Shown in pieces: positions 48,127 through 57,591 of a stretch of DNA of 64,000 bases. Position 1 is the first letter of the stretch; the number at the start of each line of letters is the position of its first letter. Under the pieces are notes generated by a model. It was not told the DNA's origin, searched no databases, and saw only the letters and a list, made by a program, of their open reading frames with translations. The translations under genes and the position numbers were made by a program. Source of the DNA: an uncultured Acidobacteriota bacterium (lineage in GTDB: Bacteria > Acidobacteriota > Thermoanaerobaculia > Multivoradales > JAHEKO01); NCBI GenBank assembly GCA_963713825.1, contig CAVQNG010000003.1:96001-160000 (forward strand), read 5' to 3'.

Positions 48127-48377
48127 GATTCGTTTCTCCTTTGGAGCGGGGATGGGTTTTCGGTACTGGCGCAACCTGCTCGCCCGAGTCGTTATGACCT
48201 GCCCTGAGGGCTGGAGCGGAGAGGAAGTTTGCGGCCGGATGGTAACACGCTGAGTCGATTCACTCGAACGCTGCCTGCCTCTTGTGCTAACTTTGAGTCG
48301 CTAGCCGACAGCTTCGAGCCGCGCGGTCCCCGACCGCGTCGTTGATAGCGCGTGCAACATGGGAAAGGAGTACAGTC

Positions 48378-48797
48378 ATCAGCAATACAATTTTCGTTGG
48401 TAACCTGAACTACGAAACCACAGAATCGGAACTCGAGGGCCTCTTCTCTGAAATCGGCGAGGTCAAGAACGTTCACGTCCCGGCCGACCGGATGACGGGC
48501 CGTCCCCGAGGGTTCGCTTTTGTAGAGTTCGCCGATGGCAGCTCTGCGCAAGAGGCCGTTTCCCGATTCGACCAACACGAGCTGGGAGGCCGCAAGCTCC
48601 GCATCAACGAGGCGGAGGATCGCGCCAAGCGATCACCAGGATCGGCACCCTACAACTCGGGCGGCCCCTCGTATGGTGGGGGTGGCGGCGGCGGGGGTGG
48701 GGGTGGCGGTGGGGGGGGCGGCGGTGGCGCAAAAGGCAAAGCCGGCCGACCGAAAGGCAGCCGCCGTGGAATGCGCGGCAAGAAGCGCAGCCTCTAG
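48378..48797 (+). CDS. RRM RNA-binding protein with Gly-rich/basic tail; probable ATC start
   Basis: IFVGNL (RNP2), RGFAFVEF (RNP1); AGGAG lies 7 nt before in-frame ATC 48378. Confidence 0.88.
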   Translation: MSNTIFVGNLNYETTESELEGLFSEIGEVKNVHVPADRMTGRPRGFAFVEFADGSSAQEAVSRFDQHELGGRKLRINEAEDRAKRSPGSAPYNSGGPSYGGGGGGGGGGGGGGGGGGAKGKAGRPKGSRRGMRGKKRSL

Positions 48798-48830
48798 TCC
48801 CTCTCGATCAAGACCCAAGACCTCAGAGCT

Positions 48831-48852
48831 CCAGGCCGGAACCCCGGCCTGG
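48831..48852. terminator. Hairpin between convergent genes
   Basis: CCAGGCCGG-AACC-CCGGCCTGG. Confidence 0.5.
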
Positions 48853-48853
48853 G

Positions 48854-51385
48854 CTAGTTTTCGCTCCGCAGCGCCGCAACAGGATCCACTTTAGCGGCCC
48901 GTATCGCTGGCAGGAAGGCGCCCAAGAGGCCAATCAGAAAGACGAATGCCGTGCCACCGACCAAGATGATCGGGTCGGCTGGGTTGACGGCGTAGAGCAG
49001 ACTTTCGATCAGCTTTCCGGAGGCCAGGATAACCGCCAGGCCCACCGCGACTCCGATACCCAACAAGCGCATCGAATAGCCGAACACGAGGCTCAACACT
49101 CTCGGTTGGTCAGCTCCCAGCGCCATGCGGACACCGATTTCATGCTGACGTTGGGTGACGAAAGTCGACATCATTCCGAAGACGCCCATCGCCACCAAAA
49201 CGATACCCACCACACTGAAGATCGAAATCAGCAGGGTGTTGAATCGCCGTCGCACGGTCACCGAGGCGATCACTTCGTCCAGGGTCCGCATCTCCGACAC
49301 CGCCTGCTCCGGAGCCAACCGACGAATCTCACTTTTCAGCGCTCCGCGAAGCCCGTCCAGTGCCACATCGGATCGAAGGATGAGAAACTGCCTCTCGGCC
49401 CAGAATGGCCATCCCGCCCAGTAGGCTGAGTGAGGACCGAACGGTAGAAAGTACTCTGGGATAGCTGGACGCTCCGCTCCCCACTGACGAACATCACCTA
49501 CCACCCCGACAACGGTGATCCACTGGAGGTCGTCGTGAATGGCAAAGCGCTTGCCGATGGGATCGGCATTGGGCCAGGCAAGGTCAGCAAAGGTCTTGTT
49601 GACGACCGCCACCGCCTCCTCCGACCCGAGGTCCTGCTCGTCCAGGCGCCGGCCATGGACCAAGTCGATAGTCATGGCGCGAAAGTACCCAGGAGTCACG
49701 AAAGACTGCTCTGCAAGAGGCCCTAGTTTGTCTTCCCAGTCGCCTTCGCGACCCTCGATGGCGACCGCCCCATTGGTGCCCCCGTCCAGAGGCATCTTGC
49801 TCGTCGTACCGGCCATCTCCACCCCTGGCAACGACCTGATCCGAGGACCCACTTCGCGTAGAAAGGCGAGCACCTTCTCGGCACTGTCGTAGCTCGGCCC
49901 AGCGAGATGTAGGGGAACCGCGGTGACCCCGGCAGGATCGAAGCCGTAACCGGAACCCTGCAGCTTCGAGTAGCTGACGAGCATCAGAGCGGCTCCGTTG
50001 GCCAAGATCAGGGTCAATGCGAGCTGCACGATAATGAGACCTCGATAGACACGGGCTCGGCCTGGACTGGCAAAGAGGCTGCCCCGGCCCTGGTTGAGTG
50101 ACTTGGCAAGCTGGAGGCTGGAAGAGCCCAAGGCCGGCAGGACTCCGAGAAGCACAGCCAAGATCAGTGACAGGAGAGAGACGATCACCAGGGTGCCGGG
50201 CTGGATTCCATAATCGGCACTGCCTGATGGAGCTCTCGGCACCAGGAATCTCAATCCGTCGAGAGCCCACCAGGCAATAGCCGCCCCCAGAGCTCCTCCC
50301 AGAACTGCTAGAGGTAGGTACTCCGCCAGGAGCTGCAGCACCAGCCGTCCACGACCGGCCCCGAGGCTGAAACGGACGGCCAGCTCATTCTCCCTCGAGG
50401 CGGCTTTGGCCAGCATCAGACCACCAACGTTGGCCGAGGCGATCAGCAGTACGCAGATCGCAGCCACCATGAGCATTAGTAGTTGATTGCCGGTCCGACC
50501 CACCATTTCCGAGTGCAGTGCTGCAACTCGAGCACCGCAGTTCTTATTGGTTGTCGTGTAGGTGGCCTCCAGATCCGCAGCAATGCGATCCATCTCAACC
50601 TGGGCGCTCTCCAGGGTAGAACTGTCACCAAGACGCGCGACAGCCATGTAGGAGTGATCGTCGCGGGAGTCGAGCGCAGTACTCAGGGTCAACGGCAGAA
50701 GCATCTCGATGTCATAGTCTCGTGTCCAGGGGGTCATCAGCTTGAAATCGGTGGGCATGACACCGACGACGATATGAGCCAGCCCGTTGACCTGAACTGT
50801 CTTGCCAATGACATCCGGTGTGCCCCCGAAGCTCCCTCGCCATAGACCATGGCTGAGGATCGCGACCGGCTCGGCACCTTCCCTCCCATCTGAAAGCTGA
50901 AATCCTCGACCCAATTCCGGTTTGACCATCAAGACGTCGAAGAGCTCCGATGTGACCCTGGAGCCGCCGAGTCGAGTCGGTTCGTCGCCGCCAGTGAGGC
51001 TGAAATAGGAGGGCTTGACTGCGGCCATGGAGTCGAAGGACCGAGCCCGCTCTTCGAAGTCCAGGAAGTTGGGTCCAGAGAAGGGCATGCGGTCGATGTC
51101 TGGCTCGGTCTCCCAGATCATGACCAAACGGTCCGGCTCCGAATAGGGCATCGGTGTCAGCAGAACCGCGTCGATCAAGCTGAAAACTACGGTCGTGGCC
51201 CCGATTCCCAACGCCAGTAAAATCACCACCCCAAAGGCAAACAGCGGCTGGCGCCCGATAAAGCGCAAACCATGCCGTACGTCGCTCAGCAGGCCCTCCA
51301 CCGAGAGTGTCGACCGAAGCACTGGCTCGGGCGACGTCGCTTGGAACCGATGATCTTGGCTGGAGGCTTGGTCAGGCCCCGTCAT
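48854..51385 (-). CDS. ADOP-type duplicated ABC permease (MacB/FtsX repeats)
   Basis: DVRHGLR...LALGIGATTVVFS, ELAVRFSLGAGRGRL, EIGVRMALGA, VDPVAALRSE. Confidence 0.92.
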   Translation of the reverse strand: MTGPDQASSQDHRFQATSPEPVLRSTLSVEGLLSDVRHGLRFIGRQPLFAFGVVILLALGIGATTVVFSLIDAVLLTPMPYSEPDRLVMIWETEPDIDRMPFSGPNFLDFEERARSFDSMAAVKPSYFSLTGGDEPTRLGGSRVTSELFDVLMVKPELGRGFQLSDGREGAEPVAILSHGLWRGSFGGTPDVIGKTVQVNGLAHIVVGVMPTDFKLMTPWTRDYDIEMLLPLTLSTALDSRDDHSYMAVARLGDSSTLESAQVEMDRIAADLEATYTTTNKNCGARVAALHSEMVGRTGNQLLMLMVAAICVLLIASANVGGLMLAKAASRENELAVRFSLGAGRGRLVLQLLAEYLPLAVLGGALGAAIAWWALDGLRFLVPRAPSGSADYGIQPGTLVIVSLLSLILAVLLGVLPALGSSSLQLAKSLNQGRGSLFASPGRARVYRGLIIVQLALTLILANGAALMLVSYSKLQGSGYGFDPAGVTAVPLHLAGPSYDSAEKVLAFLREVGPRIRSLPGVEMAGTTSKMPLDGGTNGAVAIEGREGDWEDKLGPLAEQSFVTPGYFRAMTIDLVHGRRLDEQDLGSEEAVAVVNKTFADLAWPNADPIGKRFAIHDDLQWITVVGVVGDVRQWGAERPAIPEYFLPFGPHSAYWAGWPFWAERQFLILRSDVALDGLRGALKSEIRRLAPEQAVSEMRTLDEVIASVTVRRRFNTLLISIFSVVGIVLVAMGVFGMMSTFVTQRQHEIGVRMALGADQPRVLSLVFGYSMRLLGIGVAVGLAVILASGKLIESLLYAVNPADPIILVGGTAFVFLIGLLGAFLPAIRAAKVDPVAALRSEN

Positions 51386-51615
51386 GGCTGGCTCCTTTTC
51401 TCAGATACTCTGGGTCTATAAGCAAGAGGCATACCCAGCTCGCATCTCGAAGTACCCGCCTGGATGCACGTCTTTCGCCAGGAATCCTCACCTGCCGTGT
51501 TCGGAGCCGGGAAGCCGACGTCCGGAATCGAACAACCGACCTGGTACTAGAATTGGCCTCTCTCGGCAGATAGGAGCCTCGATGTTCCATCACGGCGAAG
51601 AGGGGAGATCAGAGA

Positions 51616-52941
51616 ATGCAACAGTCCATAGTTCCGATGCACCGCAGAATCCTGATGGCCGGTTGCCTTGGCATTTGCCTGACTGCCTCTGTCAGCGCCC
51701 AATATGGTGCTCCGTCGAGCGGCGTCACTCTCTTTCGAGACCTCAACTTCTCCGGCCGTAGTCAGACCTTCACCGGTGACGTCTCTAATCTGCAGGGCTC
51801 CTACGTCGGTAACGACACGACCACTTCCGTGCGGATTGAACCTGGCTGCCGCGCCCGGCTCTACGCGGATGCGGACTACCGGGGCGGCTATCTCGAGGTG
51901 GATCGCGACGTTTCCGATCTGAGAGGCTCGTCGGTCGGCAACGACACCGTCACCTCTATGCGGGTGCACTGTGAAGAGGGTGGATGGGGTAGTGACAGCG
52001 ACTGGAACAGTGGCGGATCAACCCCTGGTGTGACGCTTTATCGCGACCTCGACTTCTCCGGCCGGAATCAGAAGATCAACGACGACATCTCCGACCTACG
52101 GGGCCACTATGTCGGCAACGACACAGCCACCTCCGTACGGATCGATCCCGGCTGCTCGGCCAGACTCTACGCCGACGCCAACTACCAGGGCAGCTATCTC
52201 GAGGCGGACCGCGACATCTCCGATTTGAGGGGCTCGTCCGTCGGCAACGACGCTGTCACCTCTGTGCGAGTCCGTTGTGACAGGAATGGGGGCGGATGGA
52301 ATAGCGGCAGCGACTGGAACAGTGGCGGGAGTGGATCGACTGGTGGCAGCACCACCAACGGTGTGACGCTCTATCGTGACCTCAATCTCTCCGGCCGAAG
52401 TCAGACTTTCACGGGCGACATCTCCGACCTGCGAGGCTCCTATGTCGGCAACGACGCCGCCACCTCTGTGCGGGTGAGCCGAGGCTGTCGTGCCAGGCTC
52501 TTCGCCGACGCCAACTACCGAGGTGCCTACATCGAAACGGAGCGTGATATCTCGGATCTACGTGGTTCACCAGTGGGCAACGATACGGTCACTTCCATCC
52601 AAGTGCGATGCGAAACCGACGGAGGCGGCTGGAATAGCGGCGGGGAGTGGGGCAGCGGAGATTCGAACTGGGGAACAAGCCACCGTGTCTCTCTGTACCA
52701 GCACACGAATTTTCGCGGCACCGCCTATTCTTTCGACTCGGACACAGGAGATCTGCGCGCCGCGTTCGGTGCCAACGACGAGGCGAGCTCGGTGCGAGTC
52801 GCCCCCGGTTGCACGGTGCGCCTCTATCAGGACCCCCAGTTTCAGGGGGAGTACACCGAGACCAGTCGCGATATCGAGGATCTGAGGGACTCTCGGGTGG
52901 GTAACGACACCACCAGCTCGATTCAGGTTCGTTGCCGATAG
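51616..52941 (+). CDS. Secreted beta/gamma-crystallin repeat protein (4 domains, 8 Greek keys)
   Basis: Signal peptide; repeated TL(F/Y)RDLNFSG / LYADANYxG and GND.xTS(V/I) Ca-binding-type motifs; Gly/Trp linkers. Confidence 0.85.
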   Translation: MQQSIVPMHRRILMAGCLGICLTASVSAQYGAPSSGVTLFRDLNFSGRSQTFTGDVSNLQGSYVGNDTTTSVRIEPGCRARLYADADYRGGYLEVDRDVSDLRGSSVGNDTVTSMRVHCEEGGWGSDSDWNSGGSTPGVTLYRDLDFSGRNQKINDDISDLRGHYVGNDTATSVRIDPGCSARLYADANYQGSYLEADRDISDLRGSSVGNDAVTSVRVRCDRNGGGWNSGSDWNSGGSGSTGGSTTNGVTLYRDLNLSGRSQTFTGDISDLRGSYVGNDAATSVRVSRGCRARLFADANYRGAYIETERDISDLRGSPVGNDTVTSIQVRCETDGGGWNSGGEWGSGDSNWGTSHRVSLYQHTNFRGTAYSFDSDTGDLRAAFGANDEASSVRVAPGCTVRLYQDPQFQGEYTETSRDIEDLRDSRVGNDTTSSIQVRCR

Positions 52942-52945
52942 GGCT

Positions 52946-55363
52946 CTAGGGTACGAGTACCTCTTCCCGGCGGGCCGCGCTTTCGCCCCGAGCTTCTGCC
53001 TGGCCGAAAGACCCGTGCTCGGTTCGAGCAATGATCTCCTCCTGCAGTTCGGGCGACAGGTCACAGAAGTAATCGCTGTAGCCGGCGACTCTGACGATGA
53101 GATCACGGTGCGACGCCGGATCCGCCTGCGCTCGCCTGAGCAGCTCCGCATTCACGACGTTGAACTGCACGTGATGGCCATCCATCTTGAAGTACGACCG
53201 CACCAGATGGGCCAGGTTGTCGATGCCCGCCTGGCCTTCGAGAAGCGAGGGGCTGAACTTCATATTGAGGAGTGTGCCGCCGGTCTTGACGTGGTCCATC
53301 TTGCCAGCCGACTTGAGGACCGCCGTGGGGCCGCTCCGATCGCTACCCTGGACCGGAGAGATGCCTTCCGAGACCGGTTGCCCATCCAGGCGACCATCAG
53401 GCGTCGCACCGGTGATCGATCCAAAATAGACATGGCAGGTGGTGGGTAACATCTCGAGGCGATAGGTGCCGCCCTTCGCGGTCGGCCGCCCATCGATGGC
53501 CTCGAAGGCCGACTGGAACACCCGCCTCATGATGTCGTCGGCGTAGTCGTCGTCATTGCCATATTTGTGGGTTCTGTGGAGGAGGCGTTGTCGCAAGGGC
53601 TCATCTTCTGAGAAGTCCTGATCCAGAATGGCGACCAACTCATCGAGTCCGTTGCTTGCCTTCTCGTAGACCAACTCCTTGATGGCGGCCAGGCTGTCGG
53701 TGATGGTTCCGATACCCACCGCCTGGATGAAGGTGTTGTTGTAGCGCGCTCCCCCGGCGTTGTAGTCCCGTCCCGCCGCAATGCAGTCGTCGATCAGCAC
53801 CGACAGGAAAGGCGCCGGCATCTCTCTGGCATAGAGACTCTCGATGATCTGGTTGCCGCGGATCTTGAGATCGACGAAGTGCCGCAATTGCCGCTCGAAG
53901 GCATTGAACAGCTCGTCGAAGTCGGCAAAAGAGACGGCTTCTCCGGTTTCGGGGCCGAGCTGTCGCTGCGTCTTCGGATCGAAACCGTTGTGGAGTGTCA
54001 GCTCCAGGACCTTCGGCAGGTTGAAGTAGCCGGTCAGAATGTAGGCCTCCTTGCCGAAGGCCCCCACCTCGACACAGCCGCTGCAGCCGCCGGCCCGGGC
54101 GTCCTCGAGCGATTTGCCTTGCCGAATCTGCTCCTCCACCACTGTGTCGGCGTTGAAAATGGAGGGGAAGCCGTAACCCTTGCGCACCACCCGGAGTGTG
54201 TGGTCCAGCAGAGCGTCGGGAGTCTTGCGTGAGACCTGAACATTGGTGCTGGGCTGCAAAAGGTGCATCTCATCCACGATGTCCAGAAGGATGTGGGAGA
54301 TCTCATTCGAGCCGTCTGAGCCGTCCTGCAGAAGGCCGCCGATGTTGATGTTGGCGAAATCGGTATAGGTCCCACTCTCGGCGGCGGTGACGCCGACCTT
54401 GGGCGGTGCCGGATGGTTGTTGAACTTGACGAAGAAGGCTTCCAATAGCTCGCGAGCCGACTCTCGCGTCAGACTCCCTTCTGCCAGGCCTTTCTCGAAA
54501 AACGGCAGAAGATGCTGATCCAGGTGCCCCGGGTTGAAGGCATCCCAGCCGTTGAGCTCGGTAATGACAGCCAGATGACAGAACCAGTAGTACTGCAGAG
54601 CTTCGTGGAAATCCCTCGGCGCCCCGGCCGGGACCTGCCGGCACACCTCTCCGATCTTCTCGAGCTCGGCCCGCCGTCGCGGATCCTCTTCGACCGCGGC
54701 CCGATTCTCAGCCAGCTCGGCATGCCGCTCGGCAAAGAGAATAACCGCGTCGCAAGCTACGTCCATCGCCCGCAGGGCTTCACGTTTCTCCTGCGCCTGT
54801 GGATCCTCTGCGAAGTCCAGGGAGGCTAGCGACTCGGCGATGTCTCCCTTGAAGTCGAGCATCCCCTTCGTGTAGATCTTGTCGTCGAGAACCGTGTGGC
54901 CTGGAGCCCGCTGCTCCATGAACTCGGTGTACATGCCGGCCTCATAGGCCTCGTGCCATTCCGCGGCAAGGTTGGCGAAGATCCGATCCCGCATCGAGCG
55001 ACCCTGCCAATAGGGAATCACCTTGCTCTCGTAGGCCTCGAGACACCGCTCAGGAACCTGATAGGAGGTCTTGGGCCGCGAGTCGAGAATCTCGAGATCT
55101 TCGAGGCTGTGGCAATTGAGCTCGGGATAGGTGGGAACCGCCTTGGGACGAGGCCCCCGCTCGCCCACGATGAGCTCCTCCTCGCCCAGATATAGGGTCT
55201 TGTTCTGACACAGATGGTAGAAGGACAGGGCGCGCATCACCGGCACCGAGTGCCGGCCGGAATGCTCCTGATAGAAGTCGGTCAGCAGCTCGGCCCGTTC
55301 GCTGGAGATGGAAGGCCGTAGATCCAGGCTCTCTCGTCGCAGTCTTCGCGTCTTCTCATTCAT
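52946..55363 (-). CDS. hypD: Glycyl radical enzyme, trans-4-hydroxy-L-proline dehydratase
   Basis: SGCVE Cys loop, RVAGYS Gly loop; HypD-type EFMEQRAPGH, WDAF, ESGTYTDFANIN, LTGYFN, MLPTTCH. Confidence 0.85.
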   Translation of the reverse strand: MNEKTRRLRRESLDLRPSISSERAELLTDFYQEHSGRHSVPVMRALSFYHLCQNKTLYLGEEELIVGERGPRPKAVPTYPELNCHSLEDLEILDSRPKTSYQVPERCLEAYESKVIPYWQGRSMRDRIFANLAAEWHEAYEAGMYTEFMEQRAPGHTVLDDKIYTKGMLDFKGDIAESLASLDFAEDPQAQEKREALRAMDVACDAVILFAERHAELAENRAAVEEDPRRRAELEKIGEVCRQVPAGAPRDFHEALQYYWFCHLAVITELNGWDAFNPGHLDQHLLPFFEKGLAEGSLTRESARELLEAFFVKFNNHPAPPKVGVTAAESGTYTDFANINIGGLLQDGSDGSNEISHILLDIVDEMHLLQPSTNVQVSRKTPDALLDHTLRVVRKGYGFPSIFNADTVVEEQIRQGKSLEDARAGGCSGCVEVGAFGKEAYILTGYFNLPKVLELTLHNGFDPKTQRQLGPETGEAVSFADFDELFNAFERQLRHFVDLKIRGNQIIESLYAREMPAPFLSVLIDDCIAAGRDYNAGGARYNNTFIQAVGIGTITDSLAAIKELVYEKASNGLDELVAILDQDFSEDEPLRQRLLHRTHKYGNDDDYADDIMRRVFQSAFEAIDGRPTAKGGTYRLEMLPTTCHVYFGSITGATPDGRLDGQPVSEGISPVQGSDRSGPTAVLKSAGKMDHVKTGGTLLNMKFSPSLLEGQAGIDNLAHLVRSYFKMDGHHVQFNVVNAELLRRAQADPASHRDLIVRVAGYSDYFCDLSPELQEEIIARTEHGSFGQAEARGESAARREEVLVP

Positions 55364-55369
55364 CGCTCT

Positions 55370-56275
55370 CTAGCCTCCAATGCTGGCGGCGATTCCCTCT
55401 GCTTCCACCAGCTCTAGCAGATTCTGCATGTCACCAGGAGTGGGAGATTGCAGTTCGGGCAAGGTCGCATCTCGTTCCAAGCGTCTGGACTTGCTCTCGC
55501 CCAGCGGGTGGTAGGGCAACAGGCACACTCGCTCGACCGAGGGGATAGAGGCCGCCAGCTTGGCGGTGGCGCCGAGATTCTCGGCATCATCGTTGACACC
55601 GGGGATCACCGGTACCCGCAGCCAGATCGGCTGCTCCATTCGACCCAGAGCCTCGAGGTTGGACAGGATCTGACGATTCGAGACACCGGTGTAGCGGCGG
55701 TGCTTCTCGTCGTTCATCATCTTCACGTCGAAGAGAAACAGATCGGTGAGCTCGGCAACAGAGAGTAGGTCCTCTTGCGAAGCCAAGCCGCAGGAGTCCA
55801 CGACTGTATGAAGCCCACTCTGGCGGCAGGCCTCGAGCACTGCCCGCAGGAAGCCCGCTTGGCGCAGAGGTTCGCCGCCCGAGAACGTCACACCGCCTCC
55901 GGAGTCGTCGTAGAAGATCCGGTCCTTCAAGACGACTTCGAGTATTTCCTCGACACTCATCGCCCGGCCCGCCATCTGACGCGCCTCTGTTGGGCAGATG
56001 CCGGCGCAAGCTCCGCAGAGAAGACAGCGCTCGGCATCTTCGGCACTGGGAGAGCTGTATGGCACTGGGAGACTCTCCGGGCAGGCTGCGACGCACTCAC
56101 CACATCCAATGCACCGGCTGGGAGTCATCAGAATCTCGGGGCGCGCAGAGATTCCCTCTGGGTTATGGCACCAGACGCAGTCCAGGGGGCAGCCCTTGAG
56201 AAAGACCGCAGTGCGAATCCCCGGCCCGTCGTGAACCGAGAAGCGCTGAATGTTGAAGACCTGCCCTCGCTTCAC
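55370..56275 (-). CDS. Glycyl-radical enzyme activase with ferredoxin insert
   Basis: HDGPGIRTAVFLKGCPLDCVWCHNPE; two CxxCxxCxxxCP motifs; GGVTFSGGEP. Confidence 0.93.
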   Translation of the reverse strand: MKRGQVFNIQRFSVHDGPGIRTAVFLKGCPLDCVWCHNPEGISARPEILMTPSRCIGCGECVAACPESLPVPYSSPSAEDAERCLLCGACAGICPTEARQMAGRAMSVEEILEVVLKDRIFYDDSGGGVTFSGGEPLRQAGFLRAVLEACRQSGLHTVVDSCGLASQEDLLSVAELTDLFLFDVKMMNDEKHRRYTGVSNRQILSNLEALGRMEQPIWLRVPVIPGVNDDAENLGATAKLAASIPSVERVCLLPYHPLGESKSRRLERDATLPELQSPTPGDMQNLLELVEAEGIAASIGG

Positions 56276-56976
56276 GCCTCAGCCCCCCCGGTCTCCAGAA
56301 GATCCGCCTCCGGGAAGTAGTACTGGAGAATGAAACGCTCCTGCACCTGGAACGACCAGTGGACGTCCCGCAGGTAGTCTGCCGCTCCCCGCATGTCACC
56401 AACCTCGAGGAGATCCAGAAACGCGGCGTGCTCGGTCGTCGAAGCCAACTCCCACTCGGGCAGGAAATCCCTAGGCCGTGGAAAGTCGTACAGGCGATGC
56501 TTGGCGTTCTCCACCATGCGTAGCAAGCTGGCGTTGCGGTTCAGTCCCAGAAAGACCTCGTGGAAGGACAGGTTGCGGGCGTAGTAGCGATTGAAATCAC
56601 CCGCCTCCACGGCGTGCACCATCTCCGTGTTGAGAGAGCGCATCTGTCGAAAGTGGGCCTTCTCCAGTCGATCGCCAACGGACACCACAGCGGCTCCTTC
56701 GAGAGCACCGATGATCTCGTAGAGGTGGCGCACATCCTCCAGGGTGAGTCGATTCACGATGACTCCCCGCCTGGGAAGAATCGAGACAAAGCCCTCGGTC
56801 TCGAGCTGAATCAGCGCATCTCGGAGCGGTGTCTTGCTGATGCCGAGGCTCTCTGACAGCTGTTTCTGATCGAGGAACGACCCGGCGTCGAGCTCGCCGC
56901 GATTGATGGCATCGCGCAGGTACTCGTAAACCTGTTCCCGCAGGGAGCGAAGCTGCAAGATGCCATTCTCGGCCAT
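56272..56976 (-). CDS. GntR-family (FCD) regulator
   Basis: SLREQVYEYLR...LGISKTPLRDALIQLETEG; NLSFH and EH FCD motifs. Confidence 0.92.
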   Translation of the reverse strand: MAENGILQLRSLREQVYEYLRDAINRGELDAGSFLDQKQLSESLGISKTPLRDALIQLETEGFVSILPRRGVIVNRLTLEDVRHLYEIIGALEGAAVVSVGDRLEKAHFRQMRSLNTEMVHAVEAGDFNRYYARNLSFHEVFLGLNRNASLLRMVENAKHRLYDFPRPRDFLPEWELASTTEHAAFLDLLEVGDMRGAADYLRDVHWSFQVQERFILQYYFPEADLLETGGAEA

Positions 56977-57002
56977 GGGAGTTGTTCTCTCGTTGCGTAT
57001 AC

Positions 57003-57026
57003 TGAGATCTAATATATCAGATTTCA
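57003..57026. promoter_or_regulatory. Candidate GntR operator
   Basis: 24-bp near-palindrome TGAGATCTAATA|TATCAGATTTCA just upstream of the GntR start. Confidence 0.65.
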
Positions 57027-57127
57027 CCAACAAGTTCGAGGATCCATGGAATGCGGCGGCGCTTCTCGCCTGTTACAATTCTCCAGAGCCGGTCGCGTTC
57101 CGCGCCGGAGTCGATGGCATCAGAGAC

Positions 57128-57484
57128 ATGATCTGGGGACGAACCGGCATCCGCCAACTGACGGCCCTCCTGGTCCTGGTCATTCTCATGGCTGCCAGCG
57201 GCCTACCGCATTGGCACCCCGTCCCACTCGAGAAGCCCGACAAGAGCGACATCCTCCTGGATGAAACGCCCAGCGAAGCAGGAATTCTGCTCTCTGCTTC
57301 TAATGCCGATCTCTTCGAGTGCGCGGCTTGCGTCCTGCAGCGCATCCTGACCCATGCCAGGACCCAGGGTGCGCAGGCTGCACCCCAGCCCGTTCTGCAA
57401 GCCGAGGTCGAGGCGACTTCGGAAGTACCGGTCTCAGAACCCCCTCTCCGATACGCCGATCCCCGCGGTCCCCCGCGGTCCTGA
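57128..57484 (+). CDS. DUF2946-like leader protein (signal/TM, HWH, CxxC, C-terminal RGPP)
   Basis: LLVLVILMAASGLPHWH...ECAACVL...DPRGPPRS-stop. Confidence 0.7.
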   Translation: MIWGRTGIRQLTALLVLVILMAASGLPHWHPVPLEKPDKSDILLDETPSEAGILLSASNADLFECAACVLQRILTHARTQGAQAAPQPVLQAEVEATSEVPVSEPPLRYADPRGPPRS

Positions 57485-57498
57485 CGCCACATTCAGCA

Positions 57499-57531
57499 GG
57501 CCTTGCCAAACTCGCACGAGCGGGCAAGGCC
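57499..57531 (+). promoter_or_regulatory. Stem-loop between leader ORF and porin gene (possible attenuator)
   Basis: GGCCTTGCC-AAA-CTCG-CA-CGAG-CG-GGCAAGGCC. Confidence 0.45.
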
Positions 57532-57591
57532 GGGCGGTCGCAATACTCGACTGACCTATCTGCTCACAGCGTCATCGATCAGGAGACTGTT

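Noticed and set aside
48676-48730. G-rich run as a regulatory G4 or contingency tract
   Set aside because: Explained by the poly-Gly tail typical of RRM proteins; the frame is intact.
51721-52930. Periodic DNA repeats as a CRISPR or tandem array
   Set aside because: They are in-frame coding repeats of crystallin domains.
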